Source: an uncultured Clostridia bacterium
Lineage (GTDB): Bacteria > Bacillota > Clostridia > TANB77 > CAG-508
Reading direction: 5' to 3'
Assembly: GCA_947627595.1 (NCBI GenBank)
Contig: CANQWQ010000004.1
Span: forward strand, 4,341-68,340
Length of the DNA: 64,000 bases
Under the pieces are notes generated by a model. That model was not told the DNA's origin. It did no database searches and saw only the letters and a list, made by a program, of their open reading frames with translations. Below, one piece after another: positions 10,404 through 21,742 of the stretch. Within the stretch, counting starts at the first letter, position 1. Every line of letters begins with the position of its first letter. Position numbers and translations under genes: made by a program.

Positions 10404-13400
10404 TCATTTGTAGAATTTCTTTCTTCTTACAAATTCAACTGTTACATAAGTAACACCTAAAACTATTATCACAGCTGGAATAGCTATTAATAATACGTTT
10501 GTAACTTGCTCTGCTTTCTCATTTGCCTTTCTTTGAGTTTCTGAAATACCAGTTGGTGGAGAGAAAGTTACATATTCAGAGAAGTCTGTATCACTTTCAG
10601 GTCTAGCAAGTTCTATTAAAGTCTTTGGTAATACTCTTGATGGATCTGGATCATTGATTGCAATTGGCTCTTTAGTTGTATTTCCAATAAATCCATCTGC
10701 AGCAAGGTCATCTTTTACATATGCCTTTCTACCAACAGTATTTGAAACTTTAATAATCTCTGCGATATTATCTAATACAACACCATTTATATCAACTTCT
10801 GAAGTTAATATCTTAGAAGCTTCTAATCTGATGAAGTAGAATTCATTCATAACAGTATTTTCATAACTACTGTCAAGCGGATTTCCAAGTGTTCTTATAC
10901 TTGCGTCTCCAACTGTTCCACTACCATCATAATCATATCCTACAGATGCCTCAGAAATTGTTGTATTAAATTTATTTCTATCAAATGGCTCTAAGAATTT
11001 ATAGAAGTATGGGTTGATATTAGCATCTTCAATGTTAAATGCTAAGTTATTATTTGTATTTTCAGTTCTACTTACATAGTTCTTTTCACCATCTGTAATA
11101 TTTTGTACAGTTGGGTCAATTCCTCTTAATAAGCCTTTTTCTGCGATTTCATCAATACTATATGTTTGGTAAGTAACTTGATTATTTTCGTTAAAGTTTT
11201 CTTCTGGCTTAAATACTAAGTCATTATCAACATAGTCAATGTATTGATTTACTCTTGTTTTAACAATTGACTCTCTATTTGCACCAGCTGTCTTTGTATC
11301 ATTGTAGTACATATCACCTACATAGTAACCAGCTGTATAGTTGCTTTGAGCATCATGTCTAATATTTGTATAAGTATATGCTTTCTTAACTGAGTTTGAA
11401 CCAACTCCGTTTTGTCCAGCATAATTGTAAATTGCGTTTCCACCTACAGAGCTTAATCCAGCTGTAAGTGTAGCTGTTGCTGTTCCGTCACCACCTATTT
11501 GACCAACTCTATTATTGTCTGTCAATAAGTAATGTAAGTAGTTTCTACTATAATCATAATTTCTTGTTTGTGTATTTATAATATCTGTTTTTGTTACACC
11601 ACTTGATGAAGTACTTGTTCCAGTACTTGGTGGAACAAATTGTACATGTAAGTCTGTCTCTGATCCAAGATCTCCTGGAGTTCCTTCAATTTTCTTCTCT
11701 AACCAAGTTGAAATGTGGTCAATATCACTATTATTAGCAATAGCAGTTTGGAATTTAATTGTAATTATCATACCTTGAAGAAGATCATCATCAACGTTTA
11801 CATATCTGAAACCTTGGTTTGTTCCAAATCTATTTAATACCTGAACTTGTTCAAGTCCTTTAGATTTAACAAGGTCTGGAACTGCTCTATGGATGATTTT
11901 GTCTCCTCCATCTTCATAGATAATCTTGAAGAAGATATCTATTAATGTGTTTCCATCAGAAGTTATTGCTCTAACTTCTGTAATATCATTCATAAGTTGA
12001 AGTTTTGTTATTGGTCTTTCAATTAAACCAAAGTTAACGTCTCTTACTGAATAATATAATGGGTCTGTTGTTGTACCATCAAGTGTTTTGGTTGATGCAT
12101 TACCATAATTTCCAAAATACTCGATTTGCATATTAAATGCTTTTGTATCAGCGAACATTGATGTATGTTCTGCTAAAATTTTTGCTTCATCTATATTAGT
12201 TAAAGTTCTTCTACTGTCATTTTCTTTTTCTGTTGTAGATATTCCAGTATCATAAGCTTTTAAAACTGTATCCATTGGGTATGTCATTGTTGTTGAATAT
12301 TCGTTAACTTCAAGTCTTCTAATCTCATTATCTTTTGCAACTGAAACTATATTTGAACCTAATGTAGTTTGGAAGCTTGAGCTAAATGGATTACTGTTTC
12401 CTGAAATATTTGTGAATGCTGTTGCTTCAATTATTTCAGCTTCTTGAGTTGGATCTCCTGGATCAGTATATTTTGTAGACTTAAAGTCTTGTCCAGAATA
12501 TCTAATTGTTGTACCATCACTGGTTACAAGGAAGTCTGCCTCATCACCATAAACGAATCTTACAACATAGATACCTGCATGAAGTCTATATCTATCATCT
12601 ACAGAGTTTTGTCCTGATGTGCCTCTTAAGCTACTATCAACACAGTCTCCAAAGTAATATCTACCATCTGAACCAGTTCTATACCACATTCCAGTATCAA
12701 CTAAATATTCTTTTTCAACATTTCCACCGCTCTTTCTTTGAACAACTTCGTAAAGTTTAACTAAAACATTTGCAGCTGGTGTATCTTTTGTTGTATCTGA
12801 TGACATTTTACCATCACCAACTTTTTGACCATCATCACTAGCTGTTTTTGCAAGTTCTTCGAAAACTATACCAGAAATATTTCTGTATGATTTCTTTTGA
12901 TATTCTGGTGGTGGGTTATTTTCTGGTGGTGTATCTCCTGGAGGTGTTCCAGGTGGTACTGGTGTTTCTGGTGGTGGATTATCTGGATAATCTCTTAATA
13001 CAATCTTTAATGCTGTCTCAAATGTATCATCCTCAAATTTTGATGTATCGAAATCATCACCAGTTGTTTCTACGTTTGCTGGGTTTGAGTTTACATCAAT
13101 TAAACCAGCTGGTGTAGTACCATCTTCTTTATAGATTGAGTATGCTCCAACTTCTGCAACATTGACTTTTGCATCAATTGCATTATCTGAAGTCATATCA
13201 ACATAAATGTATCCTTGTTTATCAGTTTCTGTATGTTTTAATACTTTATATTTTGAATAAATATCTAAAGTATCATTTGGCGCTAATTTCTTATTTGATA
13301 AATCACTTCCTGTAAGGAATTGTACATTACATTTAGATGGACAGTTTGCTGAATTTTCAAAGCTTGAGTTTGTACTTGAATTTAATGTTGCTCCAGTTAC

Positions 13401-16400
13401 ACTATCTAATCTAGCTTCTAAGAATGTAAGTTCATTAGAATAGTAATCGACAACTTCTTTTACAGCTGCATAGCGTCCTTGATCTGATTCATTTTTAATT
13501 GTAATCTTGTAAGTTATAATAATTTCTAAGTCATTAGTTCTTCCATAATCTGTAAATGCATTATTTGCATTCATTACATTTTTGACTTCATCAACATAGT
13601 TAGCTGTTCTAAATTCATAGTCTTCTCTATAGATTCTTAATACATATGGATCCATTGTATTATCTGATTTAGCTGTGAATCCAGAATTTCCTAGTTTCTC
13701 AAATGTGTAAGTTGTATCAAATCCATTTACAGTTACTTGTGCACTAACAACGTCTTTTGTTAATGAAAGATTTGCTTTTTCTCTTTCTTTTAATCCTAGG
13801 TTAATATGTTGTAAGTAATCTACTTCACCATCTGGATAATAGAATGTGAATGATTGAGCTTCAACATATATTCCTGAAGATTTATCCCATGTATATGTAC
13901 TTATTTGTAAATTACTTGTATTGTTTGTATCATATGCTAATGTATATTTATTTCCTGAACTATCTTCAGTATCATAAGATTTATTATTTGCAATTGTAGT
14001 TAATTTCTTCTCAAAGTCTGGTCTATTACGATCATCTGCATTTGAGTCATTTTCGAAATCCACTATCATATTATATGAGCCATCTATATGTTGCTTATCG
14101 TGGTTATTTACAGGTTCATAACGAACACCATTATAATCAAATACTACATAATATTGTAATAAAGCACCTGTTGGGTAATAGAAATCATTTCCTTCACCTA
14201 TATGAGTATATTCTGTTCCTTGAGTTGCTCTTACATCAGATTTATCAAAGCCTTTTCTAACTCTACCAAAATCATAATGTCCTGATGCTGAAACTTGCTG
14301 CTCATCAACCTTTTTATCTTCTGTTGCATTCCATAACTCAACTACTACTTTTCTATCTGATGGTAATTGCATTGCTTGATCAAGCTCTTCGCCTGGGCCT
14401 TTAAGATCATCGCCATCTAAATCTAAGTAAACATCACCAGCGATTATTGGATCAAGTACTCTTAAATATTCTGCATCAGTACCAGGTAAGCTTTCTTCAG
14501 GCTCTGTTCTTGTACTACATGAGAAATCGCAATTAGGGTAATCGTGATAAGTTACAGTTATATAATCATCATATGTATAACTATATCTTTGATAAGTGTC
14601 ATATGCATGTATAAAGTCACAAACATTTTTAGTATATTGATATTTTATATCTGAAACAGCGTTTTTAATATTTGTTATTCTCATATTTGAAGTTAAAACT
14701 TCAAATTGTAAATCAGCTGTTACTGTCTGTTCTTGATCTTTAATTAATAGTACATCATTCCAAATTATTTCATCACCTGGATTACCGCCAAATGAGGCTC
14801 CGCTAATACTAATAAATCTTAATTCAGAACTATCAAATGTATCTGTACATTTAATATAGTCTAAATATCTATCCTCATAATAATGTGAACATTTATTGCC
14901 TTGGTGATCAGCATCACTTTCATGATCAAACCAAATTTTGAAATCTATTTCTACTCTATATGTTACTATACTTCCTTTTTCAACTTCAGCAGGATATATT
15001 TCTTTAGTTGTTGTTCCCATAGCTTCTCTTCCTGATCTAAAGTATCCTGATGAATTTGGACTTTGAACATTAGTTACATATTTACGAATTTTACCTGCAG
15101 GAGGATATGTTCTCTTTTTTAATTTAAAGAAATCAGATGATTCTAATTCTTCTGCATCTTCACCATCTGCAGTCAAAGCCTTAAAGTATGCTGTATTTAC
15201 ATAAGTACCTTCAGGAGTATCTTTTGGAACTGTAGCAGTTATTTCTACAAAAAGTGTAGTTCTTGGTGGTATACTTATTTGTGTACCACTTTCAGAAATA
15301 GCTGTTCCATTGAAAGTAATACTTTGTATTTGTATAACACCATCATGTACATCTCTAAATATACCTGTTATTGTATAAATACTCTTATTTTCTAATTCTA
15401 CTTTATAAACTATTGTCTTATCAGTATCATTATATCCAGCATCAGCAGGATTTGACACTTTTCCTGGTTCACTTAAAGATGAACGACTTTGACCTGCTCC
15501 ATCAATGCTCTCGATATATTTATTAATTGGTGATATAGAATTAGGTATTATTACCCAATCTGTTGAAGTTATTTCATTTGAAGGGTCTAATACATTGTTT
15601 TCATCATATGGCGTAAATCTTATAGTATTCTTATATTTACCACTTGTTAAACCAGATGCTAAATCTAAACTAATTTGATATTCTCTTTTCTCGCCAGGTT
15701 GCAATACTACTGAAATAGTTTTTGAACTGGTATCAGTAGGACTATCTGGAGTTATATAAGTAAAAGAATTTCCTCCAGTTGGTAGAGGTACATCTCCAGT
15801 ATAATTGCTAACATTTGTGAAATTTATTAAATAAGGATATTCTGGTTCATCTGTTAGAACACCTTTAATTATTTCATTACTTGTATTCTCAAGTTTAATT
15901 TTATAATATACTGTAGATTCAGCAAAATCTATTATTGCAGGATCTTGCTCTCTATCAGTTTTATTTTCTCTTTGATCTCCTAAATTAGTTTCTCCAGGAT
16001 CATTTGGATCATTTGATTTTATTTTTGTAACATATTTATTTATTTTAGGTTTATTAGCAACATCTTCTGATCCAAAGAATACAGCTCTATCTTGAACTCC
16101 TCCGCTATCACCATCAGTGTAGAAGAAGATGAATACTTTTCCAACATAAGCTTTATCTGTTATTTGACCGTTTTCATATTGAATTGCAGTTGCTCCTTCT
16201 GTAGTATTTCCACCATCAAAAGAGCTACCATATCCAGCGAATCCTGGAAATCCTAAAGTTTGAATACTACTTCTTAATCCTAAACTCATGAAATACCAGA
16301 AATCTGCCCAACATGTTGAATACATTTGATCATGGATAGTACCACTTTGAACTAATGCTCCATATGCTGCCATTCCTTTAGCACCTGAAACTGGAGCACT

Positions 16401-16772
16401 TGATGTTTGAGTACCACTGGCACTATTTACAGTAATATAACCGTCTTTATCTATATCTATTACCGCCATCAATTTAAAAGCTGTTTTTCCGCCAGTTGCA
16501 GAGCTATCTAATGATCCTTGTTCGAAACAAGGTGTATTTACAACACCATGTGTATTATCAGGAACAAGTACACCACCTTTTTCTACTATTGTACCATCTG
16601 AATATGTTAAATCTTTAACAGCATCCCAACTTAATGCACTAAATGCTCTTAAATTATCTACTCCTGCATAAGTAGCTTCAGCTTTATTGTTAGTGAAATG
16701 ATTACTCAATCCAATAACAGCTAAAATAGTAAATACTAATATTAATATTATAGATATTTTCTTTTTCATCAT
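10404..16772 (-). CDS. Giant cell-surface protein (2122 aa): signal peptide, DUF11/Ig-like and SdrD-B/Cna-B-like domains, C-terminal SPPTG sorting signal + TM + basic tail
   Basis: N-terminus MMKKKISIILILVFTILAVIGLS. C-terminus ...VTFSPPTGISETQ...LLIAIPAVIIVLGVTYVTVEFVRRKKFYK. The C-terminal 350 aa are homologous to the 3197-aa protein (VKTRVNQYIDYVDNDLVF vs VQTKVHQMIDYVDPDVEF). Starts 8 nt after the stop of the upstream gene, with GGGGGTGA RBS. Confidence 0.85.
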   Translation of the reverse strand: MMKKKISIILILVFTILAVIGLSNHFTNNKAEATYAGVDNLRAFSALSWDAVKDLTYSDGTIVEKGGVLVPDNTHGVVNTPCFEQGSLDSSATGGKTAFKLMAVIDIDKDGYITVNSASGTQTSSAPVSGAKGMAAYGALVQSGTIHDQMYSTCWADFWYFMSLGLRSSIQTLGFPGFAGYGSSFDGGNTTEGATAIQYENGQITDKAYVGKVFIFFYTDGDSGGVQDRAVFFGSEDVANKPKINKYVTKIKSNDPNDPGETNLGDQRENKTDREQDPAIIDFAESTVYYKIKLENTSNEIIKGVLTDEPEYPYLINFTNVSNYTGDVPLPTGGNSFTYITPDSPTDTSSKTISVVLQPGEKREYQISLDLASGLTSGKYKNTIRFTPYDENNVLDPSNEITSTDWVIIPNSISPINKYIESIDGAGQSRSSLSEPGKVSNPADAGYNDTDKTIVYKVELENKSIYTITGIFRDVHDGVIQIQSITFNGTAISESGTQISIPPRTTLFVEITATVPKDTPEGTYVNTAYFKALTADGEDAEELESSDFFKLKKRTYPPAGKIRKYVTNVQSPNSSGYFRSGREAMGTTTKEIYPAEVEKGSIVTYRVEIDFKIWFDHESDADHQGNKCSHYYEDRYLDYIKCTDTFDSSELRFISISGASFGGNPGDEIIWNDVLLIKDQEQTVTADLQFEVLTSNMRITNIKNAVSDIKYQYTKNVCDFIHAYDTYQRYSYTYDDYITVTYHDYPNCDFSCSTRTEPEESLPGTDAEYLRVLDPIIAGDVYLDLDGDDLKGPGEELDQAMQLPSDRKVVVELWNATEDKKVDEQQVSASGHYDFGRVRKGFDKSDVRATQGTEYTHIGEGNDFYYPTGALLQYYVVFDYNGVRYEPVNNHDKQHIDGSYNMIVDFENDSNADDRNRPDFEKKLTTIANNKSYDTEDSSGNKYTLAYDTNNTSNLQISTYTWDKSSGIYVEAQSFTFYYPDGEVDYLQHINLGLKEREKANLSLTKDVVSAQVTVNGFDTTYTFEKLGNSGFTAKSDNTMDPYVLRIYREDYEFRTANYVDEVKNVMNANNAFTDYGRTNDLEIIITYKITIKNESDQGRYAAVKEVVDYYSNELTFLEARLDSVTGATLNSSTNSSFENSANCPSKCNVQFLTGSDLSNKKLAPNDTLDIYSKYKVLKHTETDKQGYIYVDMTSDNAIDAKVNVAEVGAYSIYKEDGTTPAGLIDVNSNPANVETTGDDFDTSKFEDDTFETALKIVLRDYPDNPPPETPVPPGTPPGDTPPENNPPPEYQKKSYRNISGIVFEELAKTASDDGQKVGDGKMSSDTTKDTPAANVLVKLYEVVQRKSGGNVEKEYLVDTGMWYRTGSDGRYYFGDCVDSSLRGTSGQNSVDDRYRLHAGIYVVRFVYGDEADFLVTSDGTTIRYSGQDFKSTKYTDPGDPTQEAEIIEATAFTNISGNSNPFSSSFQTTLGSNIVSVAKDNEIRRLEVNEYSTTMTYPMDTVLKAYDTGISTTEKENDSRRTLTNIDEAKILAEHTSMFADTKAFNMQIEYFGNYGNASTKTLDGTTTDPLYYSVRDVNFGLIERPITKLQLMNDITEVRAITSDGNTLIDIFFKIIYEDGGDKIIHRAVPDLVKSKGLEQVQVLNRFGTNQGFRYVNVDDDLLQGMIITIKFQTAIANNSDIDHISTWLEKKIEGTPGDLGSETDLHVQFVPPSTGTSTSSSGVTKTDIINTQTRNYDYSRNYLHYLLTDNNRVGQIGGDGTATATLTAGLSSVGGNAIYNYAGQNGVGSNSVKKAYTYTNIRHDAQSNYTAGYYVGDMYYNDTKTAGANRESIVKTRVNQYIDYVDNDLVFKPEENFNENNQVTYQTYSIDEIAEKGLLRGIDPTVQNITDGEKNYVSRTENTNNNLAFNIEDANINPYFYKFLEPFDRNKFNTTISEASVGYDYDGSGTVGDASIRTLGNPLDSSYENTVMNEFYFIRLEASKILTSEVDINGVVLDNIAEIIKVSNTVGRKAYVKDDLAADGFIGNTTKEPIAINDPDPSRVLPKTLIELARPESDTDFSEYVTFSPPTGISETQRKANEKAEQVTNVLLIAIPAVIIVLGVTYVTVEFVRRKKFYK

Positions 16773-16780
16773 TTCACCCC

Positions 16781-19700
16781 CTATCTGTAGAATCTCTTGG
16801 TTGTTTTAATTTTTATAGCAATTGCAATTATTGCTGTAACCATTATTATAATTACGAGTGTCATCGTAATATATTCAACTGTATGACCAGTTGCAACTGT
16901 GATTATAAGTGTTGATTCACTATAATCATCTTCTGATTTCATTTTATTATTTTCGATAGAATCTCTATCAAATAATCCTAAAGCATTAGTTGTTTCAGCG
17001 ATTTCTGCTCCATTTGTTAAGATTGCTGATTCACCATCTTCTAAGCTTCTTCTTAACATTAATGTGAATTCTTTTGTTTCACCTGGAGCGATTTCTTGAT
17101 CTACTAAACCAGTATAATATAATCCATTATCAGAACCTACATACCAGCCTTCGCTCTTATTTAAAACAACTTGTACTCCACTTGGTAAGTAATCAACTAC
17201 TTTGTTTACATACCCTGGAACATCACCCTCATTTGTTATTCTAAATTTATAAGTAATATTTACGACACTTGATTTATAATATTTTGAACGAATTTCTAAT
17301 CTTCCGTTTTGCATATCTCTGTAATCGTAATATTTTGTTCCTTCATCATTTTTAACTCTGATTTGTGAAATCATTTTTTCTAATTTTAAGTCAAAGTTTG
17401 TTTTATCAACAATACCAATATCTATCGCCATAAAACCACTATCAGTTATTTCTAAAACATCTGTAACACCTACTGTTTGTGCTACTCCATTTATTGTAAC
17501 TGTTTTAGAAATTGCATCTGAGTCTTCAACTGTTGTTGCATTTTGTGATTGATATTTTGTTACTTTATATTTGCTTGCGTTATAATCAAAAACTACTATA
17601 TATTTTCCGATTGCAACGTTAGTAAATGTATATTTACCTTGACTATTTGTTGATGTTGTAGCAACTAAACTTGAAGTATCAATTCCACCATATTTATTTG
17701 CTTTATATAATGAAACTACAACTGCTTCTTTTAATTGTTCTTCATCTTGTCTAATTCCATCTTGATTTTCATCTACCCAAGCTAAACCTGTGATATTGTA
17801 ACCTGTTGGAACTTGTTCTACTACGTTGTTAGGTGTTACTGTTGGTTCTGGAGTAGTAGTTGGTGTTTGAGGTTGAGGAGTACTTGGTGTAGTTGGTTGA
17901 TTATTGTTAGATTGATTGTTATTAGTTTGATTGTTATTTTGATTATTTGTTTCTGGTTGAGAATATTGTGTAATGTTGCTATTCTCTATTTTGTAAGAAA
18001 TTATATTTGTTTTAATAGTCTCTTCTGAATTTTCTTTAATGTCCATTGAAAATTCTATAGTTTTTTGATCTCTAGCATATAATCTCTTATTAACTTTTGC
18101 TGTTATTGTTAAGTTTTGTTCTTTTCCTTCATCAACCTGTAAATTAGATTTTATTTTATCTTCTTCAATTATATTATTTGAACTTTCTTTTACATCATCT
18201 AATGATAAATCTGTTATTTCCAAACCACTTGGAATATTAGCAATTGCTTGTATTAAACCAGAATCATTAAATCCAATATTTTTTGCATTTAATGTGAATT
18301 TAATTACATCTCCATTATCAACATATTCTTTATCAGTATCTGTTAAAAGTTTATATTCTACCTTTGTTTCACTTTGATAAATCTTTTTGCTATAATCATT
18401 TGAATAATTTACTTCGTCATCAATTTCTGCAAAAGATGTAATTGTCATCTTTGTACTATAAACATTGTAATCCATACTATTATTTTTAATATAGTATGTT
18501 ATACCTATATGTTCTCCTGCTTCTATTTTTGGAATATTAAATACAACAATTGTTGTTCCATCTCCGACTTTATTTACAGTATATTCAACATTATCTGGAT
18601 TACAAATAATCATTTTATCAAATAATGTTACACTGTCTGGTAAAGTTAATGTATATTTTACATTTTCTAAATCATGATCTGTAATATTTTTTATATATGA
18701 ATATAAACCAATTGAATCATTAGTTATATTCTTTTCTTCATCTACAAGCTCTGTTCCGACTTTCTTAATAAGAACTTCTAGATTAGCTTCTTTTACTTCA
18801 TTTTTAAATGTTGTAACTTCTTTTTCAGCATTACTATCATTTGAAACTATTATTTTACCATAAACTTCAGGTGTATCTATTTCACTTAAGTCTTTAACTA
18901 TAGCTTGGAATTCAATTGTCTTTGATGTTCCAGGTGCTAAACTATCTATTGTAAATTCAACATACTCTTTTTCATCTTGAGTATATTCTTTCATTTGTTT
19001 AACTTGATCAACACCTTGGAAATATGTTTCTCCTGTACTTATATATTCCCAGTCATATAGATTAGCATTTTCTGCTTTTCCTTTAACTAAGATATTAGTT
19101 AATGTATTATTAGAAGTGTTTTTAACAACTACAGTATATTTTATAACTTGTCTTTCATATACACTGTCAGTTTCGCCTAAAGTTTTTCCACCTTGGCTAA
19201 CTTGAGTTCCGACTGTTACATCATTTAACTCTTCTTTGTGTTCTTCTTCAATATCATCCATATCAACTTCTTTTATTTCAGTGTACATTCCAACTGAACA
19301 TTGATTTGAATAATTTTGAGTATCTATTTTATAGTAAACTGTATAGTTTGTATATCCTATAGCATTGTATCCAACACTTTCTGGAACTGTTAAATTGTAA
19401 TCAAAAGAAATTCTTTCACCTTTAGCTAAAGTTTTTTCTCTTACTACTATTTTAAATGATTTGAAACTACTTAGGTTTGTTGTATCTTGTGTCCAAGTAT
19501 CTGAACTTGCATTTGCATTTCCATCTTCTGAATAGTAAACATCTCCTACAACTCCGGAAGTTGCTAATGCACTTTGTAAAGTTGTATTAAAGTTTGTTCC
19601 TAAGTCATTTCCATTTCCGTCCTTATTACCTACAAAAGGAATTCTACCTATAATTACAACATCTTCTAATGTTGCTTCATAATTATTAACTATTGCGCCA

Positions 19701-21352
19701 TTTATATAAATTGTTTGATTTTGATTTGTTAAAATTTGAATTTTTTCTGTTTCAGCATCATAGCTTGTAGCAGTAGCTACGTCTGGTTCAGTTATTGCCA
19801 TTGATCTTACTAGCTCTTGTCTGCCAACAAAACCAACTTCTATGTCTTCAGAATCTTTTCCTTCTAATACATATGCTTTTCTAACTGTATCTTTATTTGT
19901 ATAAGTCAATTTCAAAACATCTTTTGAATCTGCTGTTAATCTATCAACATCAATTTCAGTATTTAAAACTAATGTTGTTCCTTCATTAACAGATCCTGGC
20001 ATATATTCTGATTGTGCACCAGAAAGATTGACTCTTAAAACTTTCTTTCCAATACTATTTGTTGTTACATTCCAATTATCTATTGATAATCCATTCTTAT
20101 ATAATAGACTAACACCAGTAACATTTAATTCTTTTATTGCTGATGGGAATTCTATGTTAATTGTTGGATTTTCAAACAAATCATATCTTTCTTCATCAGT
20201 TTTTAAAGTTACGTTTATTGCAACTTCGTTTTTACCTTCAACTGCTAATGTTGTTGTATCAGCATCAATTAACATTTTTGACTCTGTTTCTTCTAAGTTT
20301 ATATTTCCTTCAGAAGTATAATTTTTAACTTCTTTTCCTTCTTCATATAAACTTACAGTTGCCAATGTATTAATTGTTGTAAATAGACTTATTTCATTTC
20401 TTTGGAACTCTGCAGTAGATTTGATTACTTTATCATTTTTAAATGAAATTGTTCCATCATTTCTGATTCCTTTTAGTTCAAATCTTACAAAATTGTATTC
20501 TGCAGGGTAAACAAACACATACTCTTCACCGACAACTGTAGTATCTTTACTAATAGTACCGATTACATCACCATTTGGTGCGTAAACTGTAATACTACCA
20601 TCTTTTCCAAGAATAGTATTAAATTCTTGAATTGCTATTCTTGTTTGTCTGTAATATGTGTTTTCTCCTAAATCAAATTTTCTATTTGTGATTAAGCCAA
20701 TTTTATCTGGCTCATCTTGAACAGTAAGTGAAGCCAAATTTTTTCCACCAACTATTGAAACAACATCAACTGTGTTATAGTTTGTTTCATAACCCATATC
20801 AGATGTTGCGTTAGCATATAAGTAACCTTTATAAATGCTTGAGTTTTGAGAAGTAACTTCTATAGTAGCTTCTGGCTCAACATAAGGTTCTTCATCTTTT
20901 GGCTCTTCCTCATCTGGATTTTCTACATCTGGATTTTCTTCTGTTGGCTCAGTTGGTTCTTCACCATCTGGTTCATCTGTTGGTTCTTCTGGATCTTCAA
21001 CGATTACAGAACCACCATTTGGATCAGTTTCATCAGGTGTATCATTATCACCTTGTTGAAATGGATTTCCACCAACTGTTGTTTCGCCATCAGTTGGATT
21101 TGGATTCTCAGTTTCATTATCTGATGATCCACCAACAACAGTTTCTCCTCCAGTTGTCTCATTGTCTGTGTTTTCTTGATTCTCACCGCTTCCGACTGTT
21201 ACGTCATCAGAGGTCTCGCTACTTCCACCAACAACTGTTTCGCCAACTGCAACAGCAATTTGAGCGAAATACGTGAAATAAGCTTGTAGAATCGCAAAAA
21301 TACAGAAAATTGCAATGAGTTTTTTAATTTTTGCTTTTCCTTTTCTTTCCAT
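16781..21352 (-). CDS. Large cell-surface protein (1523 aa): signal peptide, acidic G/E/P/T-rich linker, multiple DUF11-type domains, N/Q/T/P-rich linker, SdrD-B-like (Cna B) domain, C-terminal VATG + TM + KIKTTKRFYR tail
   Basis: AAAGGAG RBS before ATG 21352. Domain patterns include YTVVVKNTSNNTLTNILVKG and TGLAWVDENQDGIRQDEEQLKEAVVVSLY...GKYTFTNVAIGKYIVVFDY. It is a paralogue of the 52326..57671 product. Confidence 0.85.
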   Translation of the reverse strand: MERKGKAKIKKLIAIFCIFAILQAYFTYFAQIAVAVGETVVGGSSETSDDVTVGSGENQENTDNETTGGETVVGGSSDNETENPNPTDGETTVGGNPFQQGDNDTPDETDPNGGSVIVEDPEEPTDEPDGEEPTEPTEENPDVENPDEEEPKDEEPYVEPEATIEVTSQNSSIYKGYLYANATSDMGYETNYNTVDVVSIVGGKNLASLTVQDEPDKIGLITNRKFDLGENTYYRQTRIAIQEFNTILGKDGSITVYAPNGDVIGTISKDTTVVGEEYVFVYPAEYNFVRFELKGIRNDGTISFKNDKVIKSTAEFQRNEISLFTTINTLATVSLYEEGKEVKNYTSEGNINLEETESKMLIDADTTTLAVEGKNEVAINVTLKTDEERYDLFENPTINIEFPSAIKELNVTGVSLLYKNGLSIDNWNVTTNSIGKKVLRVNLSGAQSEYMPGSVNEGTTLVLNTEIDVDRLTADSKDVLKLTYTNKDTVRKAYVLEGKDSEDIEVGFVGRQELVRSMAITEPDVATATSYDAETEKIQILTNQNQTIYINGAIVNNYEATLEDVVIIGRIPFVGNKDGNGNDLGTNFNTTLQSALATSGVVGDVYYSEDGNANASSDTWTQDTTNLSSFKSFKIVVREKTLAKGERISFDYNLTVPESVGYNAIGYTNYTVYYKIDTQNYSNQCSVGMYTEIKEVDMDDIEEEHKEELNDVTVGTQVSQGGKTLGETDSVYERQVIKYTVVVKNTSNNTLTNILVKGKAENANLYDWEYISTGETYFQGVDQVKQMKEYTQDEKEYVEFTIDSLAPGTSKTIEFQAIVKDLSEIDTPEVYGKIIVSNDSNAEKEVTTFKNEVKEANLEVLIKKVGTELVDEEKNITNDSIGLYSYIKNITDHDLENVKYTLTLPDSVTLFDKMIICNPDNVEYTVNKVGDGTTIVVFNIPKIEAGEHIGITYYIKNNSMDYNVYSTKMTITSFAEIDDEVNYSNDYSKKIYQSETKVEYKLLTDTDKEYVDNGDVIKFTLNAKNIGFNDSGLIQAIANIPSGLEITDLSLDDVKESSNNIIEEDKIKSNLQVDEGKEQNLTITAKVNKRLYARDQKTIEFSMDIKENSEETIKTNIISYKIENSNITQYSQPETNNQNNNQTNNNQSNNNQPTTPSTPQPQTPTTTPEPTVTPNNVVEQVPTGYNITGLAWVDENQDGIRQDEEQLKEAVVVSLYKANKYGGIDTSSLVATTSTNSQGKYTFTNVAIGKYIVVFDYNASKYKVTKYQSQNATTVEDSDAISKTVTINGVAQTVGVTDVLEITDSGFMAIDIGIVDKTNFDLKLEKMISQIRVKNDEGTKYYDYRDMQNGRLEIRSKYYKSSVVNITYKFRITNEGDVPGYVNKVVDYLPSGVQVVLNKSEGWYVGSDNGLYYTGLVDQEIAPGETKEFTLMLRRSLEDGESAILTNGAEIAETTNALGLFDRDSIENNKMKSEDDYSESTLIITVATGHTVEYITMTLVIIIMVTAIIAIAIKIKTTKRFYR

Positions 21353-21604
21353 AAATTGTTCTCCTTTGTAGGTTTTATGGCTACAACGCGTCTTAGTTTT
21401 CTGTCAAAACGGCGTAGTACACCACATATTTTTAATTAATATATTATAATTTTAACTTATGAAAATAAAAAATCAATAGGGGAAAAATGGCAAAAAAATT
21501 AAACACCCTTTACCCCCTTACGGAAGTTGTTTCTAGGTGTTTCAAAAGTCTTATATTACTTTTTGATGTCATTTTTCGCAATTTAGTGTTTTAAAAAGCA
21601 AAGA

Positions 21605-21634
21605 TATCCACATTTTTCCTCTAAAATGTGGATA
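21605..21634 (-). terminator. AT-rich hairpin (12-bp stem) in the intergenic region downstream of the 2557-aa gene; possible second terminator or regulatory stem
   Basis: atccacatttt tcctct aaaatgtggat, followed on the minus strand by tttgcttttt. Confidence 0.3.
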
Positions 21635-21715
21635 CCCCTAGCAAAATTTAGAAAAAGAAAAAAGGGGACGACAAGACAAGGGGACGGTCCTCTTCATACC
21701 AAAAAAACAAGACAA

Positions 21716-21742
21716 GGGACGGTCCTCTTCAAGGACCGTCCC
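21716..21742 (-). terminator. GC-rich rho-independent terminator overlapping the stop codon of the 2557-aa gene, built from a 25-bp direct repeat
   Basis: gggacggtcc tcttcaa ggaccgtccc is a 10-bp G+C stem followed by ttgtcttgttttttt on the minus strand. The unit acaagacaagggacggtcctcttca recurs at 21671-21696. Confidence 0.7.

Noticed and set aside
20846-21276. Overlapping plus-strand ORFs 20846..21124 and 20899..21276, and minus-strand ORF 21004..21186
   Set aside because: They lie in the acidic repeat-coding 5' region of gene 2, in alternative frames. The repetitive H/L/Q/F-rich translations are characteristic of out-of-frame reading of a repetitive coding region.
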